Below the pieces are notes generated by a model. It was given only the letters and a program-made list of their open reading frames with translations. It was not told the DNA's origin and did not search any database. The position numbers and the translations under genes are program-made. DNA of 64,000 nt, taken from the NCBI GenBank assembly GCA_026707325.1, contig JAPOXA010000165.1:22481-86480 (forward strand), given 5' to 3'. The stretch's first letter is position 1; each line of letters starts with the position of its first letter. Positions 1 through 8,775 of the stretch are shown here, in pieces. This stretch comes from Acidobacteriota bacterium (GTDB taxonomy: Bacteria > Acidobacteriota > Thermoanaerobaculia > Multivoradales > Multivoraceae).

Positions 1-112
1 GGACGCGAGAAGGCGAGCGTGGTCCGCGATCTTCCTGACCAACCATGTCTTCCGGTACTTCGAGAATCACACGGCTTACGGCCATGCGTTTGCTGCTGAA
101 GCGTGTCGCCGC

Positions 113-1147
113 GTGGCGGACCTTTCCGTAGCCGTGGCGGAAGCCTATGGCTACCCAGTGATCATGTCTAGCTGGATAAGGATCGGCGACCTGATCGAAG
201 GTCTAGGCGCACTCAGAAAGGAAGTAGGACGCGACATCCTGCCATTGCCGACCAAGGAGATAGACGAGTTCGACGGCTCGACCATCTTCAAGGTTCGGAT
301 GCCAGTCACCGGAGTGATCGAGACCGTGACCGAGAGAGAGGCCGTGTTCTTCGGGCGCAGGCGGCTCAAGAACGCGGAACATGAACTCCTCCTCGCCGTG
401 CAGGCTCTTGTCGTGCGCGACAACCCTCTCAACCTCGAAGACTGTGCAAGCCACCTGCGAATGTCCGAGAAGTGGCTCAAGGAGGCAGCCGGCTACATCG
501 TCGGGTCAAGGGCGTTCGCCACCGAAGTCGAGATGTTTCGACTCTGCATCGACGTCATGATCGACAGGCTGAACAAGCTGCCGATATCGAAGAAGATGCC
601 CAACGCCTACGACCGTTTCTGCGATCACCTGCACGAGGTCTTTGCCGACAGGGAAGCCGGACGGGCTTACCTGGAGGATGCGCTATGGCCAGCCGGGCCG
701 CGCTGCCCTTACTGCAAAGGCGACAACGTCAGGCGATCGACCCGGCGCGAGCGCAAGTCCGAGCAGAAGAGCGGCCACAAGCTGATGCTCTATCGGCCGC
801 ACTGGTGCCGAACGTGCGAGCGGCCATTCAAGGTCACGGACAGAACACCGCTCGGTCGACACTTCTACCCGGAACACCTCTCAGCGCGAGCCGCCTTGGT
901 GATCGCGAACTTTTCCGTTCGACAAGCACTCCTGGCTCAAGCCGTCGGAGTTCACGTAACAGTCGTGCGGGTATTCCGAGAACGGATGAGGACCATGGAT
1001 CTGCGGCCGTTCGGCATAGAGGTCCTGGATCCGGCTGTGATTCGGGCCTGGGCGGCTCACGCTTCGCGGGCCGGCAGACGGATCACCTTGGCTTCGGCGA
1101 CGGGATCGTCACTGGACGGCACTTCATCGAGATCGGCGCGAACGTAA
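113..1147 (+). CDS. Zn-ribbon/HTH protein resembling the N-terminal module of IS1595-type transposases (no DDE domain seen)
   Basis: 344-aa ORF; CPYC...CRTC ribbon followed by helical SARAALVIANFSVRQALLAQAVGV segment; rare + strand gene; 3' end overlaps convergent 1057..1596. Confidence 0.4.
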   Translation: MADLSVAVAEAYGYPVIMSSWIRIGDLIEGLGALRKEVGRDILPLPTKEIDEFDGSTIFKVRMPVTGVIETVTEREAVFFGRRRLKNAEHELLLAVQALVVRDNPLNLEDCASHLRMSEKWLKEAAGYIVGSRAFATEVEMFRLCIDVMIDRLNKLPISKKMPNAYDRFCDHLHEVFADREAGRAYLEDALWPAGPRCPYCKGDNVRRSTRRERKSEQKSGHKLMLYRPHWCRTCERPFKVTDRTPLGRHFYPEHLSARAALVIANFSVRQALLAQAVGVHVTVVRVFRERMRTMDLRPFGIEVLDPAVIRAWAAHASRAGRRITLASATGSSLDGTSSRSART

Positions 1148-1596
1148 TCCAACTTCTCGTCCCGATGATCTCCCATGTCGAGGAGGAACGGGTCCTCCTT
1201 TGAGCCGGTGACGGCATCTTCGTCGTAGTAGCCGAGCCAGTCCTGCTGCTCTTGTTCTCTCGTGGCGATGATGTCCGGCAACGCGATGTCGAGCATGATC
1301 TTGGCCTTGATCGCTGGGTGAGCATTCGGGTCTGCGATGATCGCGCCGAGGCCGGCCATCGACCGTGAGCGCAGCCAGTACGCCTGATGCAGACGCGTCT
1401 CGGCTGATTCCGTGTACTCACGCCGGACAACCGCCTGGAAACGCTCATCGTGCTCCCAGCGCCTGACATCCGACTCTTCGACCCCGAGCTCCTTGGCGAT
1501 CTGCGAGTGCGGGAGACCTCGGAACCTCAGGAACGCGGCACGCTCAACGTTCTTGAGTAGATCGACGTCAGGAAGCGGCCGGTCGTCCTTGGGCAT
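1057..1596 (-). CDS. HTH DNA-binding protein (regulator or small-terminase-like)
   Basis: 179-aa ORF; LRFRGLPHSQIAKELGVEESDVRRWE helix-turn-helix; acidic C-terminus. Confidence 0.45.
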   Translation of the reverse strand: MPKDDRPLPDVDLLKNVERAAFLRFRGLPHSQIAKELGVEESDVRRWEHDERFQAVVRREYTESAETRLHQAYWLRSRSMAGLGAIIADPNAHPAIKAKIMLDIALPDIIATREQEQQDWLGYYDEDAVTGSKEDPFLLDMGDHRDEKLDYVRADLDEVPSSDDPVAEAKVIRLPAREA

Positions 1597-1605
1597 GGCC
1601 CAATG

Positions 1606-1851
1606 CTAGCGGATGGCCTTGACGACGTTCTCGAAACGAAGGATGTTGCCCGGAAGCATGTCCGCGGCCCACTGCCCGGGCGGCAGTGCTCGGATCACTT
1701 CGCGCTCCGTGGCTTGACCGCTGTTGAAGTCGATCAGAACCCGGGCGATGGACTCGAGGATGAAGGCGCAAGCCTCGATGTCCATTGCCAGCGAGACGAC
1801 TTGGTCCTTCTCCGGCGGCTTGGTGGAAGCTGGCTCCTCAGCGCCGGTCAC
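1606..1851 (-). CDS. hypothetical protein
   Basis: 81-aa ORF in minus-strand gene train, start overlaps stop of 1848..2129. Confidence 0.35.
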   Translation of the reverse strand: MTGAEEPASTKPPEKDQVVSLAMDIEACAFILESIARVLIDFNSGQATEREVIRALPPGQWAADMLPGNILRFENVVKAIR

Positions 1852-2129
1852 GCCGGCGCTTCCAGGCCGGCGAGCGCCTCGGCAACGGCTTCCGGCTTCT
1901 CAGCCTTCAACTGTTCGATCTTCGCTGCTCTGATTCGAGCACGCCGTTCCCGAGACAGCCTGACGTTGGTCTGCCGGCGAAGCTGCTTTGAGCAGGCGCT
2001 CGAGCAGGTCTTGGTCTTGGGCTGAGCCTCAATCCTCGGCCGAGGAATCTCGTTCTCGCACGAATCGACCGCACACTTGGTGATGACATCTGCCATGAGA
2101 TCTCTCCCCTTATACCGCAAGGCTGACAT
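1848..2129 (-). CDS. small Zn-ribbon protein with basic tail (4-member family in window)
   Basis: CAVDSCENEIP...KTKTCSSACSKQLRRQ motif shared with 38553..38759, 44255..44458, 52109..52642. Confidence 0.5.
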   Translation of the reverse strand: MSALRYKGRDLMADVITKCAVDSCENEIPRPRIEAQPKTKTCSSACSKQLRRQTNVRLSRERRARIRAAKIEQLKAEKPEAVAEALAGLEAPA

Positions 2130-2174
2130 TCGCCGCCAGCCTCAACGGCATTCTAGTCTAGTGGACACCAGCAG

Positions 2175-2624
2175 TCAACCCAATATCCAGATCTTGCTCC
2201 GCCACAAGTGAACGTCATCGCCGAGCTTGCGGAGAACTGACGGCGACCCAGGACGAACCGCACCGAACCGAAACGGCGTGTAGCAGCGGTGATCTCGAGG
2301 ATCGAGCAGCGCGGGTACATGATCCGGCAACTGCCAGTGATTCAACGGGAAACGCCCGGCATCTTTCGGCTGCACGATCTCCCGCAAAGTGCCGACGACG
2401 GCGATGCAGGGTGTCTTCTGGCCTCCGCGTTTGATCAAGGCGACAGAGTTGGCGGCGTAGTGGACCTTTGCGTTGTCGATTCGGACCAGTGCGCCCGGCG
2501 CAGTGTGGTGGTGAGCCCGCGAGTAGATGGGCTGTTGCCGGCGAAGGTCCAGTTGGTGGAATGTCAGGACCCCCGGAAGCCGGAGGTTCGGACGGACGGC
2601 GTAGGCGATGCCGCGGACAGGCAC
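2175..2624 (-). CDS. hypothetical protein
   Basis: 149-aa ORF co-oriented with neighbours; no motif recognised. Confidence 0.35.
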   Translation of the reverse strand: MPVRGIAYAVRPNLRLPGVLTFHQLDLRRQQPIYSRAHHHTAPGALVRIDNAKVHYAANSVALIKRGGQKTPCIAVVGTLREIVQPKDAGRFPLNHWQLPDHVPALLDPRDHRCYTPFRFGAVRPGSPSVLRKLGDDVHLWRSKIWILG

Positions 2625-2858
2625 CTACTCGACGCGCCAGCCCAGCTTCCGCTTTCGGATTGGGGCCCCCGGCCAGCACCCCCTTGGCCAGAAGATGGCG
2701 GAGAAAACGAATGCAGCCGGCACGGTCGGGAGCAACGCCCAGTACCAGCCGTAGTTGATCCACACCAGGACGATGACGGCCGTGTACGCGAGCGCGGCAT
2801 CAACCAGGAGCGACCAGATGAATGTCTTGCGGCCCCGCAGGGCTCCTTCTATGCCCAT
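2625..2858 (-). CDS. small membrane protein
   Basis: 77 aa with two hydrophobic spans (IWSLLVDAALAYTAVIVLVWI, ALLPTVPAAFVFSAIFW). Confidence 0.4.
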   Translation of the reverse strand: MGIEGALRGRKTFIWSLLVDAALAYTAVIVLVWINYGWYWALLPTVPAAFVFSAIFWPRGCWPGAPIRKRKLGWRVE

Positions 2859-3057
2859 CGCTCCCTCCTGTACTGCTGCCTCAGTTCACGTCGCCGGTGA
2901 CGTGCGAGCCGCTTCTTGATCTCGTGCGGCGACCTGGCGCCGCGCGGCCAGATGTAGTGGCGACGCCACGCAACGCACACCCAGTCCATCGCGTCATGCC
3001 CCACTGCCAACCGCTCTTTTCGGCGCATCGAACTATTACCTCGAGATCGACTCGGAC

Positions 3058-3468
3058 CTAGAGCTGGTCGATGTAAACATTCGCCCCTTCCAGTGCAGGG
3101 TTGTCGGCCCACGTCTTGGAGGCGTGGATAGAGGCAACCTGAGAGTCCTTGCTGTAGGCGATGCCGTCGAGAGCATCCATGATCGTCTTGAGCAGGTTAT
3201 CGAGGTCAGGACGCTGCGACACGTACTTGCCGGCAAAGGACCGGCGCTTGACCTTCGGCCAGGACTTCGCCATCAGCAGCGTGAAGTGGACCGTAATGCT
3301 GACCGGGCCTTCTAGCGGCTCGATGGAAGCGGCTTTGGCGTAGCCCTTGACGAGGGCCTCGTAGTCCCTGGTCTTGTTGGGCGTGTAGGTGATTCCGCGG
3401 CGAGTGACGCGGGGACGGCCTTTGCCGACCGGCCTTCCTGGGACAGTGAACTCGTACATCTTCGACAA
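3058..3468 (-). CDS. rusA: RusA-family Holliday junction resolvase
   Basis: MYEFTVPGRPVGKGRPRVT...RPDLDNLLKTIMDALDGIAY, typical RusA motifs; ATG at 3459 is the likelier start. Confidence 0.9.
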   Translation of the reverse strand: MSKMYEFTVPGRPVGKGRPRVTRRGITYTPNKTRDYEALVKGYAKAASIEPLEGPVSITVHFTLLMAKSWPKVKRRSFAGKYVSQRPDLDNLLKTIMDALDGIAYSKDSQVASIHASKTWADNPALEGANVYIDQL

Positions 3469-3521
3469 CTATAGCCAACTCGCCTATCACTTCAGCCATG
3501 ACTTACCCCCCTTTGAGGCTC

Positions 3522-3530
3522 AGTGTATCA
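3522..3530 (-). promoter_or_regulatory. extended -10 promoter (TGATACACT) upstream of rusA block
   Basis: TGn + TACACT read on minus strand, about 55 nt upstream of rusA; followed by GGGGGG Shine-Dalgarno. Confidence 0.35.
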
Positions 3531-3618
3531 CAGTTGTACACCGGCCAACTTGGCCGGTCGCTTGCGGCTGATACATTGACGGAACCAAGCAGTCCCTATC
3601 CTGACTGCCGGTAATCAA

Positions 3619-3649
3619 GAAGCCGCTGGCCTGACCAGCCAGCGGCTTC
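3619..3649 (-). terminator. intrinsic terminator-like hairpin
   Basis: 12-bp perfect stem GAAGCCGCTGGC/GCCAGCGGCTTC, 7-nt loop; followed on minus strand by UUGAUU, on plus by UUCC. Confidence 0.5.
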
Positions 3650-3659
3650 TTCCCGTAGC

Positions 3660-4122
3660 GCTGGCTTCGCCCATCCCTGTCCAGATTGGGGACAGGGTGA
3701 CCACCGCTTACCGCCGTGTACTACCGGCAGGGTGGCCGAACCGCGCGCGCCTCCGTGGGTCCGCCCGTCAGGGCGGTCCGGACAGTCCGGGATGCAGGGC
3801 TGGGCAGAGCCCGGGTTTCAAGGTGGAGGGACCACTCGGGCCTTGAAAGTCCCTGTCGCAATGCCTGGGGGTGTACCCCAGACCCAGCCCGAGTGCGGCT
3901 GCGCGCCGGCCGATTGACGCAGTGAGGCGAGCACCCCTTCGGGATTGTTCCGACGGTGTAGGCGGGGACTGTTCCCACCGCACGTCGGCTCCCAGGCTTT
4001 GGCTCTTCGCTTGTTCTCGACAAGACCAGCCGAGCGTACCACGGGCCATCGAGGGTGTCCACGCCTCGATGGCCCGTGGGAAGGCGGTGCTCGTCTTGTC
4101 GAGGGAAGAGCTAAAGCCAGTG
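3660..4122. ncRNA. candidate large structured RNA or DNA structural element (identity unknown)
   Basis: No credible ORF; nested helices 3995-4008/4105-4118 (13 of 14 pairs), 4016-4026/4093-4103 and 4039-4054/4064-4079 (both perfect), plus at least 6 more local hairpins. Confidence 0.3.
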
Positions 4123-4128
4123 GTCAGG

Positions 4129-4137
4129 ACTGTACCA
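4129..4137 (-). promoter_or_regulatory. extended -10 promoter (TGGTACAGT) pointing into the structured region
   Basis: TGn + TACAGT on minus strand at the right edge of the ORF-free region. Confidence 0.3.
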
Positions 4138-4314
4138 CACTTTGCGTACAACTGACGGTGGCGCTGCTGGCTCGGTTTCTGCACATCGTACAGATCGGAA
4201 GATCAAGCCGCTCGTCGACTTCAACGTACTTGCGCCAGTTCAAGCCGCCAGTGGACCACATGCGACAGGCAGTATCTGGACCAGTCCAGACATGGGCCAC
4301 GCGACTCTTACCGC

Positions 4315-4323
4315 TGCTATGAT
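4315..4323 (+). promoter_or_regulatory. extended -10 promoter (TGCTATGAT), near-leaderless start of 4330..4716
   Basis: TGn + TATGAT ends 6 nt before the ATG at 4330. Confidence 0.35.
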
Positions 4324-4329
4324 CGAGAC

Positions 4330-4716
4330 ATGACCGACTCTGAGGTTTTGCACCATGCGGACGGCCGCACCAGCGTTCCCGAAGACCTCTACAACCACAT
4401 CTTCAACGAGGGCAAGTGCGGCGACTGGTTCTGGTCGTCAGAGAACCGAGACGGCAAGGTTCACCGGACCATCTGGATTCTCGTACCTGCGGTCGGCAAT
4501 CCGGCGACTGGCAAGCCGCTGGCCGATCGAGGACTCGAACTGGCGATCGTGTTCCCGATTCACGGACCGAACAACTGGGCCGAACCAGGCGACATCAACG
4601 GCTGGGACGGGAACGAGGAAGCACCAACGCTGGAGCCGTCGATCTGGGTCAGAGGCGAGACCGACAACCCAGGCTGGCATGGGTTCTTTCGGCACGGCAG
4701 ACTGGTCTCAGCATGA
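4330..4716 (+). CDS. DUF6527-like protein
   Basis: 128 aa; ...INGWDGNEEAPTLEPSIWV...GWHGFFRHGRL resembles the W-x-NG-x3-PT-x-PS / WHG-x-L-x-G signature (from memory). Confidence 0.45.
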   Translation: MTDSEVLHHADGRTSVPEDLYNHIFNEGKCGDWFWSSENRDGKVHRTIWILVPAVGNPATGKPLADRGLELAIVFPIHGPNNWAEPGDINGWDGNEEAPTLEPSIWVRGETDNPGWHGFFRHGRLVSA

Positions 4717-4835
4717 CAGTCTTGGCTGACCACCGCCCCGTTCGACGACGACGATTCCGTTCTCCGGGATCAGCTCGGACTTGATCGCGGCTCGGTTTCC
4801 GCGCAGCGTCAAGCCCGGAGGGCGGTCACTTGGAG

Positions 4836-5945
4836 TCACAGGACTTCCGGGGCGCGGTCCGGGTAGAACGCCATCACCACGTCTGGCTTCTCGAGTCTCC
4901 GCAGAAACACGGGATCGGGGCTCCTTGACGTCCACGCGATGATCTGGTTTTCACCGATCGTCGAGATGACCGGCTGCGACACCTTGAGGTGCCCGACGTT
5001 CGTGGCCGGAGCCAGCACGCTGATCTTGCCGCCCTCGAACTTCGCCGCCGGGATAGCGCACTTCTGGACGGACGTGCTGTGACCCTCCCAGGCCGTCAAC
5101 ACGTCGTCGCCCTTGCGCTCGATGATGAACCGTCCGATTGGCTTCGGCAGCCGGAAGTCCGCGAGGTCCTCCAAGTAGACCTGCACGTTGGCGATCCTCG
5201 ACAGCAGCATCCGCCTCAGGCTGTAGGTCCAGGGCAGAGGCGTATTGGCGATCAGCTTGTAGGCGTGGAAGTACCAGTGCGGGCTCCGTGTCGTTCGGCC
5301 AGCCTCATAGTCCTGCGGCGTGACCGGCGCGGTCGCTTCGTCCCAGGTGCCGTTGATGCGATACGGGACGCCGAGCACTTCGGAGAGAAGCGGGCAGACC
5401 ATCGGATCGGCGATCGACGCGACGTTGGCCCTCATGCCGGTCGGAGGCAGGTACAGGCCGGACAGCTGGCGCACCGGCAAGGTGGTCTTCTCGTCGCCCC
5501 ACACGAACGACATCTCCTTGGGCTTGCGGCTGACGAACACCGACTGCAACGCCAGGAAGATCGTCCACTTGCGGAAGAAATCCCATTCGGGATTGAAGCC
5601 GCGAGCCCAAGCGCCGAGCGCGGCGGCCATGTACACCCGGCCCGTGTACAGGGGCGAGTTGAACTCTCTCAGGCCCCAGCCATAGCTCTTGTACAGATCG
5701 AAGAACTGCTCCAGGCCCGACCAGTCTCCGCGGGCTGCCCGCAGGCCCGGGCAGAAGTTGCCCGAACCGTCGACCATCAGATCGGGCAGAGCATAGTCCT
5801 GAGGCCGACAGTAGTGTGACCACTCGGCGGCCAGGTTGGCCGCTGCGTCGTCGCCGGCAATGGCCTTGGCCCTGTACCACATTCCGACGTCACCAGCGAC
5901 GCGGGCGCCGAGGTTCCGTTCAGTCTCAGAAAGGGATGTCGTCAT
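4836..5945 (-). CDS. hypothetical protein (369 aa)
   Basis: Start MTTSLSETERN at 5945, overlapping ssb 3' end; upstream part of the 494-aa track ORF is Arg-rich read-through. Confidence 0.55.
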   Translation of the reverse strand: MTTSLSETERNLGARVAGDVGMWYRAKAIAGDDAAANLAAEWSHYCRPQDYALPDLMVDGSGNFCPGLRAARGDWSGLEQFFDLYKSYGWGLREFNSPLYTGRVYMAAALGAWARGFNPEWDFFRKWTIFLALQSVFVSRKPKEMSFVWGDEKTTLPVRQLSGLYLPPTGMRANVASIADPMVCPLLSEVLGVPYRINGTWDEATAPVTPQDYEAGRTTRSPHWYFHAYKLIANTPLPWTYSLRRMLLSRIANVQVYLEDLADFRLPKPIGRFIIERKGDDVLTAWEGHSTSVQKCAIPAAKFEGGKISVLAPATNVGHLKVSQPVISTIGENQIIAWTSRSPDPVFLRRLEKPDVVMAFYPDRAPEVL

Positions 5946-6342
5946 CGCCGTCGTCCGGGTTGTAGGGCGGATCTTCGTACTGGCGCGACCGCTCGTTGCG
6001 TCCGCCGGCACTATCGGACTTGCCGAGCATCTGGAAGTTCTCGCAGACGACCTCCGTGCGGTAGCGCTTCTGGCCGGTCTCGCGATCGTCCCAGGAGCGC
6101 GTTTGCAGCCTGCCTTCGACCGACAGCAGCCGACCCCTCTGGAGGTACTGGCCGGCAACCTCGGCCTGACGGCCCCAGCAGACAATATAGTGCCACTCCA
6201 CCTGCTCTTGACGGTTGCCGTCGCGATCCTTCCAGCGCCGCGTGGTGGCGAGCGAGAAGTTGGCGACAGTTTGCCCACTATTCGTGGATCGAATCTCGGG
6301 GTCTCTACCGATGTTCCCAATGAGCAGAACCTTGTTCAACAT
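5926..6342 (-). CDS. ssb: single-stranded DNA-binding protein
   Basis: MLNKVLLIGNIGRDPEIR...OB fold, C-terminal DDGDDDIPF tip. Confidence 0.92.
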   Translation of the reverse strand: MLNKVLLIGNIGRDPEIRSTNSGQTVANFSLATTRRWKDRDGNRQEQVEWHYIVCWGRQAEVAGQYLQRGRLLSVEGRLQTRSWDDRETGQKRYRTEVVCENFQMLGKSDSAGGRNERSRQYEDPPYNPDDGDDDIPF

Positions 6343-6429
6343 GCTTCCAGACCTTTCCGTTCCTGATGCGCTTGGCGACCTTGCCCACAAGTCTTCACGC
6401 CCCAAGCATAGGCGCGTAGGCACCAGTTG

Positions 6430-6654
6430 TCAACGCGATTTCCGAGCATGGATGTCGGACTGCTTCACCCAGGTGTGCCCCCGAGCGTGAGCACGCTTCA
6501 AGGCTTCTTGTCTCGAGCCGGCTACGACGAATCGAGCAGCCCGGTTCGGCTGGCCGGCGAGCGGGTGCCAGACATGGCGCTTGCGGCCGTGGAAGACGAC
6601 CGGCAGCTTATCGGGGAAGATCCGACTCGGATCTCTGAACCAATAGAGATTCAT
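6430..6654 (-). CDS. hypothetical protein
   Basis: 74-aa ORF, co-oriented. Confidence 0.3.
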   Translation of the reverse strand: MNLYWFRDPSRIFPDKLPVVFHGRKRHVWHPLAGQPNRAARFVVAGSRQEALKRAHARGHTWVKQSDIHARKSR

Positions 6655-6782
6655 GGTGTTGCCCTCTCAACTTCTTGACGATGTTCAGCAGACCCGAGCC
6701 GACCCAGGCTGCGCGGCCCGCGGGCGGTGGTCCATGAATGTCTGTCCAGTCAGCCGGCATCGCAGCCTTGGCGGTCATGCCG

Positions 6783-7112
6783 TCAATCGCCATATTGCCT
6801 CCGCAGCGGGTCCTTCATCGTGTGAGTCTTCCGATACGCCCAGGCCGCCGCCCGGGCAAGGACCTGACCGTGACACGGCTTCGGAGCGCAGTGGCACGCG
6901 AGAGTTCTACCGTGAAGGTTGGCCACTGCATGGATCAGGTCCGGTTCGTTCTTGAGTCGTTTCCACAGCCACGCGCGGTAGTGGTTGATCACCTTCAGTC
7001 GGTCGCCGTCCTTGCCGATGATGAATGGGTTGCCCCATCGAGTTTTCCGGTCGATACGAACCGCTCCCTTGGCTTGCGGGGTGCCGAGACGGACGACCCT
7101 TGCCGGCTTCAC
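6783..7112 (-). CDS. DUF4326-like protein
   Basis: RWGNPFIIGKDGDRLKVINHYRAWL...LACHCAPKPCHGQVL matches DUF4326 signature (memory). Confidence 0.7.
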   Translation of the reverse strand: MKPARVVRLGTPQAKGAVRIDRKTRWGNPFIIGKDGDRLKVINHYRAWLWKRLKNEPDLIHAVANLHGRTLACHCAPKPCHGQVLARAAAWAYRKTHTMKDPLRRQYGD

Positions 7113-7297
7113 GGCACGACTTCTCTCGCCTTGTCGATGATGGATTGGGCCTTCTGATGGTTCATGTTTGGAGACTCGAAGCCATGCTTGGCCGCGGTCT
7201 CGTAGAACCTGGTCACTTCATCGGACGTGAACAGATCGAGCAGGTTCTGGGCCAGGTCAGCCAACCGTCGCACGGCGACCCGCTCACGCTTGTTCAC
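7109..7297 (-). CDS. hypothetical protein
   Basis: 62-aa ORF with overlapping stop/start on both sides. Confidence 0.4.
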   Translation of the reverse strand: MNKRERVAVRRLADLAQNLLDLFTSDEVTRFYETAAKHGFESPNMNHQKAQSIIDKAREVVP

Positions 7298-8448
7298 TGA
7301 GACTCCCCATGATTCTCACGCTTCCTCCTGTCGTCGCCCTTCTTCGGGGCCCTCATGATGACGTCGCCGAACGAGGGGGCGAAGGTGCTCGGCCTCTTCG
7401 GTGATGGCGTTGGACTTGATTTTACGGGACGTGGACTGCCGTTGCCAACGCGGCCAAGTTGGCCGGGGACCGCACTGGGCTTCTTCTTCGACTCTGGCTC
7501 CGGCTTGGGTTGGAAGCCCGACACGGCCGTCTTCTCGACGAAGAACGCCTCGCGCAGATGGAGCATCAACTCCTCGATTCCGCGCTCCTGGTGCAGGTCG
7601 TTCGCGTCGCCGCGCTCCGGCGGCATCCACCAGCGGCATCCGGTTCGCTCAGCATAGGAAGCGCCGACCTGATTCGGGTCATGGTCAGCGACCACGAAGT
7701 CGCCGCGTCTGGCGACGTTGAGCAGGTTCGCTGCCGAGAAGGAGACCTTGATCGAGACCTCGTGCTCCATGCGCTTGAGGGCCTCGGCAACGGACAGGGC
7801 TGTCGCGAGACCTTCAACGACCCAGATGCCGCTTCGCGAGCGTCCGTGGGTGTACCGGCCTCCGGTGATGCGGCCGCCTGGGAGGAACCGCTTCTCGCCT
7901 TCGTCGGAGATGGTCTGCGCGGACATGATGTTCAGCTTCCAGTCGCGGATCGGGATGAACAACAGTCCGTCATGAACCAGCCACTTCTGCTCTGGGAAGC
8001 CCTTGTCGGCAAGGTACTGGTGGAGCTTCCACTCGCACTTCTCGATCATCGCCTGGGCGCGTTCCGCCGCGCGGCGGTGACGATCGACCTCTTCCTTCCG
8101 GGCCTCCTTCCTCCGCTTCGCTCGTCGTATGCGTTGCTGCGGAGTCGGAAGCGGGAGATCCCGGCCCCAGACCGTTTCCATGAGTCTGCCGTAGACCGCC
8201 CGTCGCTCGGTGGACGCCAAACCGTCCATGCAACCACGACAACCGACCAGAGTACGGCCATCAAGGTCTCGGACGTGGAAGCGGTCCGTGCCGCCGCATA
8301 GCGGGCAACTGCCGTGCCATTCGCGGCCGGAGCGGACGAGGCCGAGACGCTTCGCCCAGTCCTCTGCCGTGCGATCGAAGTTATACCGAAAGGTTGACAG
8401 CGGAATGCCTACTCGTCGTCGCCCAGTGGCGTGAACGTGACCCGGCAC
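7294..8448 (-). CDS. DNA primase (Zn-finger + Toprim)
   Basis: CPLCGGTDRFHV...GCRGC zinc finger; Toprim-like VVEGLATALSV...VVADHDPNQVG...GDANDL. Confidence 0.8.
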   Translation of the reverse strand: MPGHVHATGRRRVGIPLSTFRYNFDRTAEDWAKRLGLVRSGREWHGSCPLCGGTDRFHVRDLDGRTLVGCRGCMDGLASTERRAVYGRLMETVWGRDLPLPTPQQRIRRAKRRKEARKEEVDRHRRAAERAQAMIEKCEWKLHQYLADKGFPEQKWLVHDGLLFIPIRDWKLNIMSAQTISDEGEKRFLPGGRITGGRYTHGRSRSGIWVVEGLATALSVAEALKRMEHEVSIKVSFSAANLLNVARRGDFVVADHDPNQVGASYAERTGCRWWMPPERGDANDLHQERGIEELMLHLREAFFVEKTAVSGFQPKPEPESKKKPSAVPGQLGRVGNGSPRPVKSSPTPSPKRPSTFAPSFGDVIMRAPKKGDDRRKRENHGESQ

Positions 8449-8696
8449 TGGTTCCCGACCTTGAACTTCTCGCCGTCCTCCTTGCTATAGAGAATCAGCC
8501 TCACGCCGTCGGTGCCGAGTTCGACATGGACCGAGTGCCCAGGCGCAGGCTCCCGGTCATCTTCCCACTCGGACTTGACGATCTCGCCGTAGACGACAAG
8601 GGATTCGAGGTCGCTGGCGACGCCGATGTTCTCCGGCGGCACTTCAGGTTCCTTCATCTGCTTTCTCCTTTTGGTTGAACGGGTCATCGACAACAC
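8409..8696 (-). CDS. hypothetical protein
   Basis: 95-aa ORF; likely start MKEPEV after AAAGGAGAAAGCAG. Confidence 0.4.
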   Translation of the reverse strand: MLSMTRSTKRRKQMKEPEVPPENIGVASDLESLVVYGEIVKSEWEDDREPAPGHSVHVELGTDGVRLILYSKEDGEKFKVGNQCRVTFTPLGDDE

Positions 8697-8775
8697 GGAA
8701 GCCGAACACGTTGCCCTGGATTGCTGACGGGCAGCGCCGCCGCGTTGTTTCGACGATCGGCGACGCGGGTCTTCA

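Noticed and set aside
3206-3499. 97-aa ORF MAEVIGELAIVVEDV... with a strong RBS upstream of rusA
   Set aside because: After about 15 codons it is an Arg/Pro-rich alternate frame of rusA. At most it is a short upstream ORF, and it is not annotated as a gene.
3700-4130. RNase P RNA, tmRNA, tRNA or SRP RNA identity for the structured region
   Set aside because: I could not find the conserved cores on either strand: GGTTCGA-type T-loops, the RNase P GAGGAAAGTCCGGGC and ACAGAAnCCGGCTTA boxes, or the SRP GGAA/AGCA motif.
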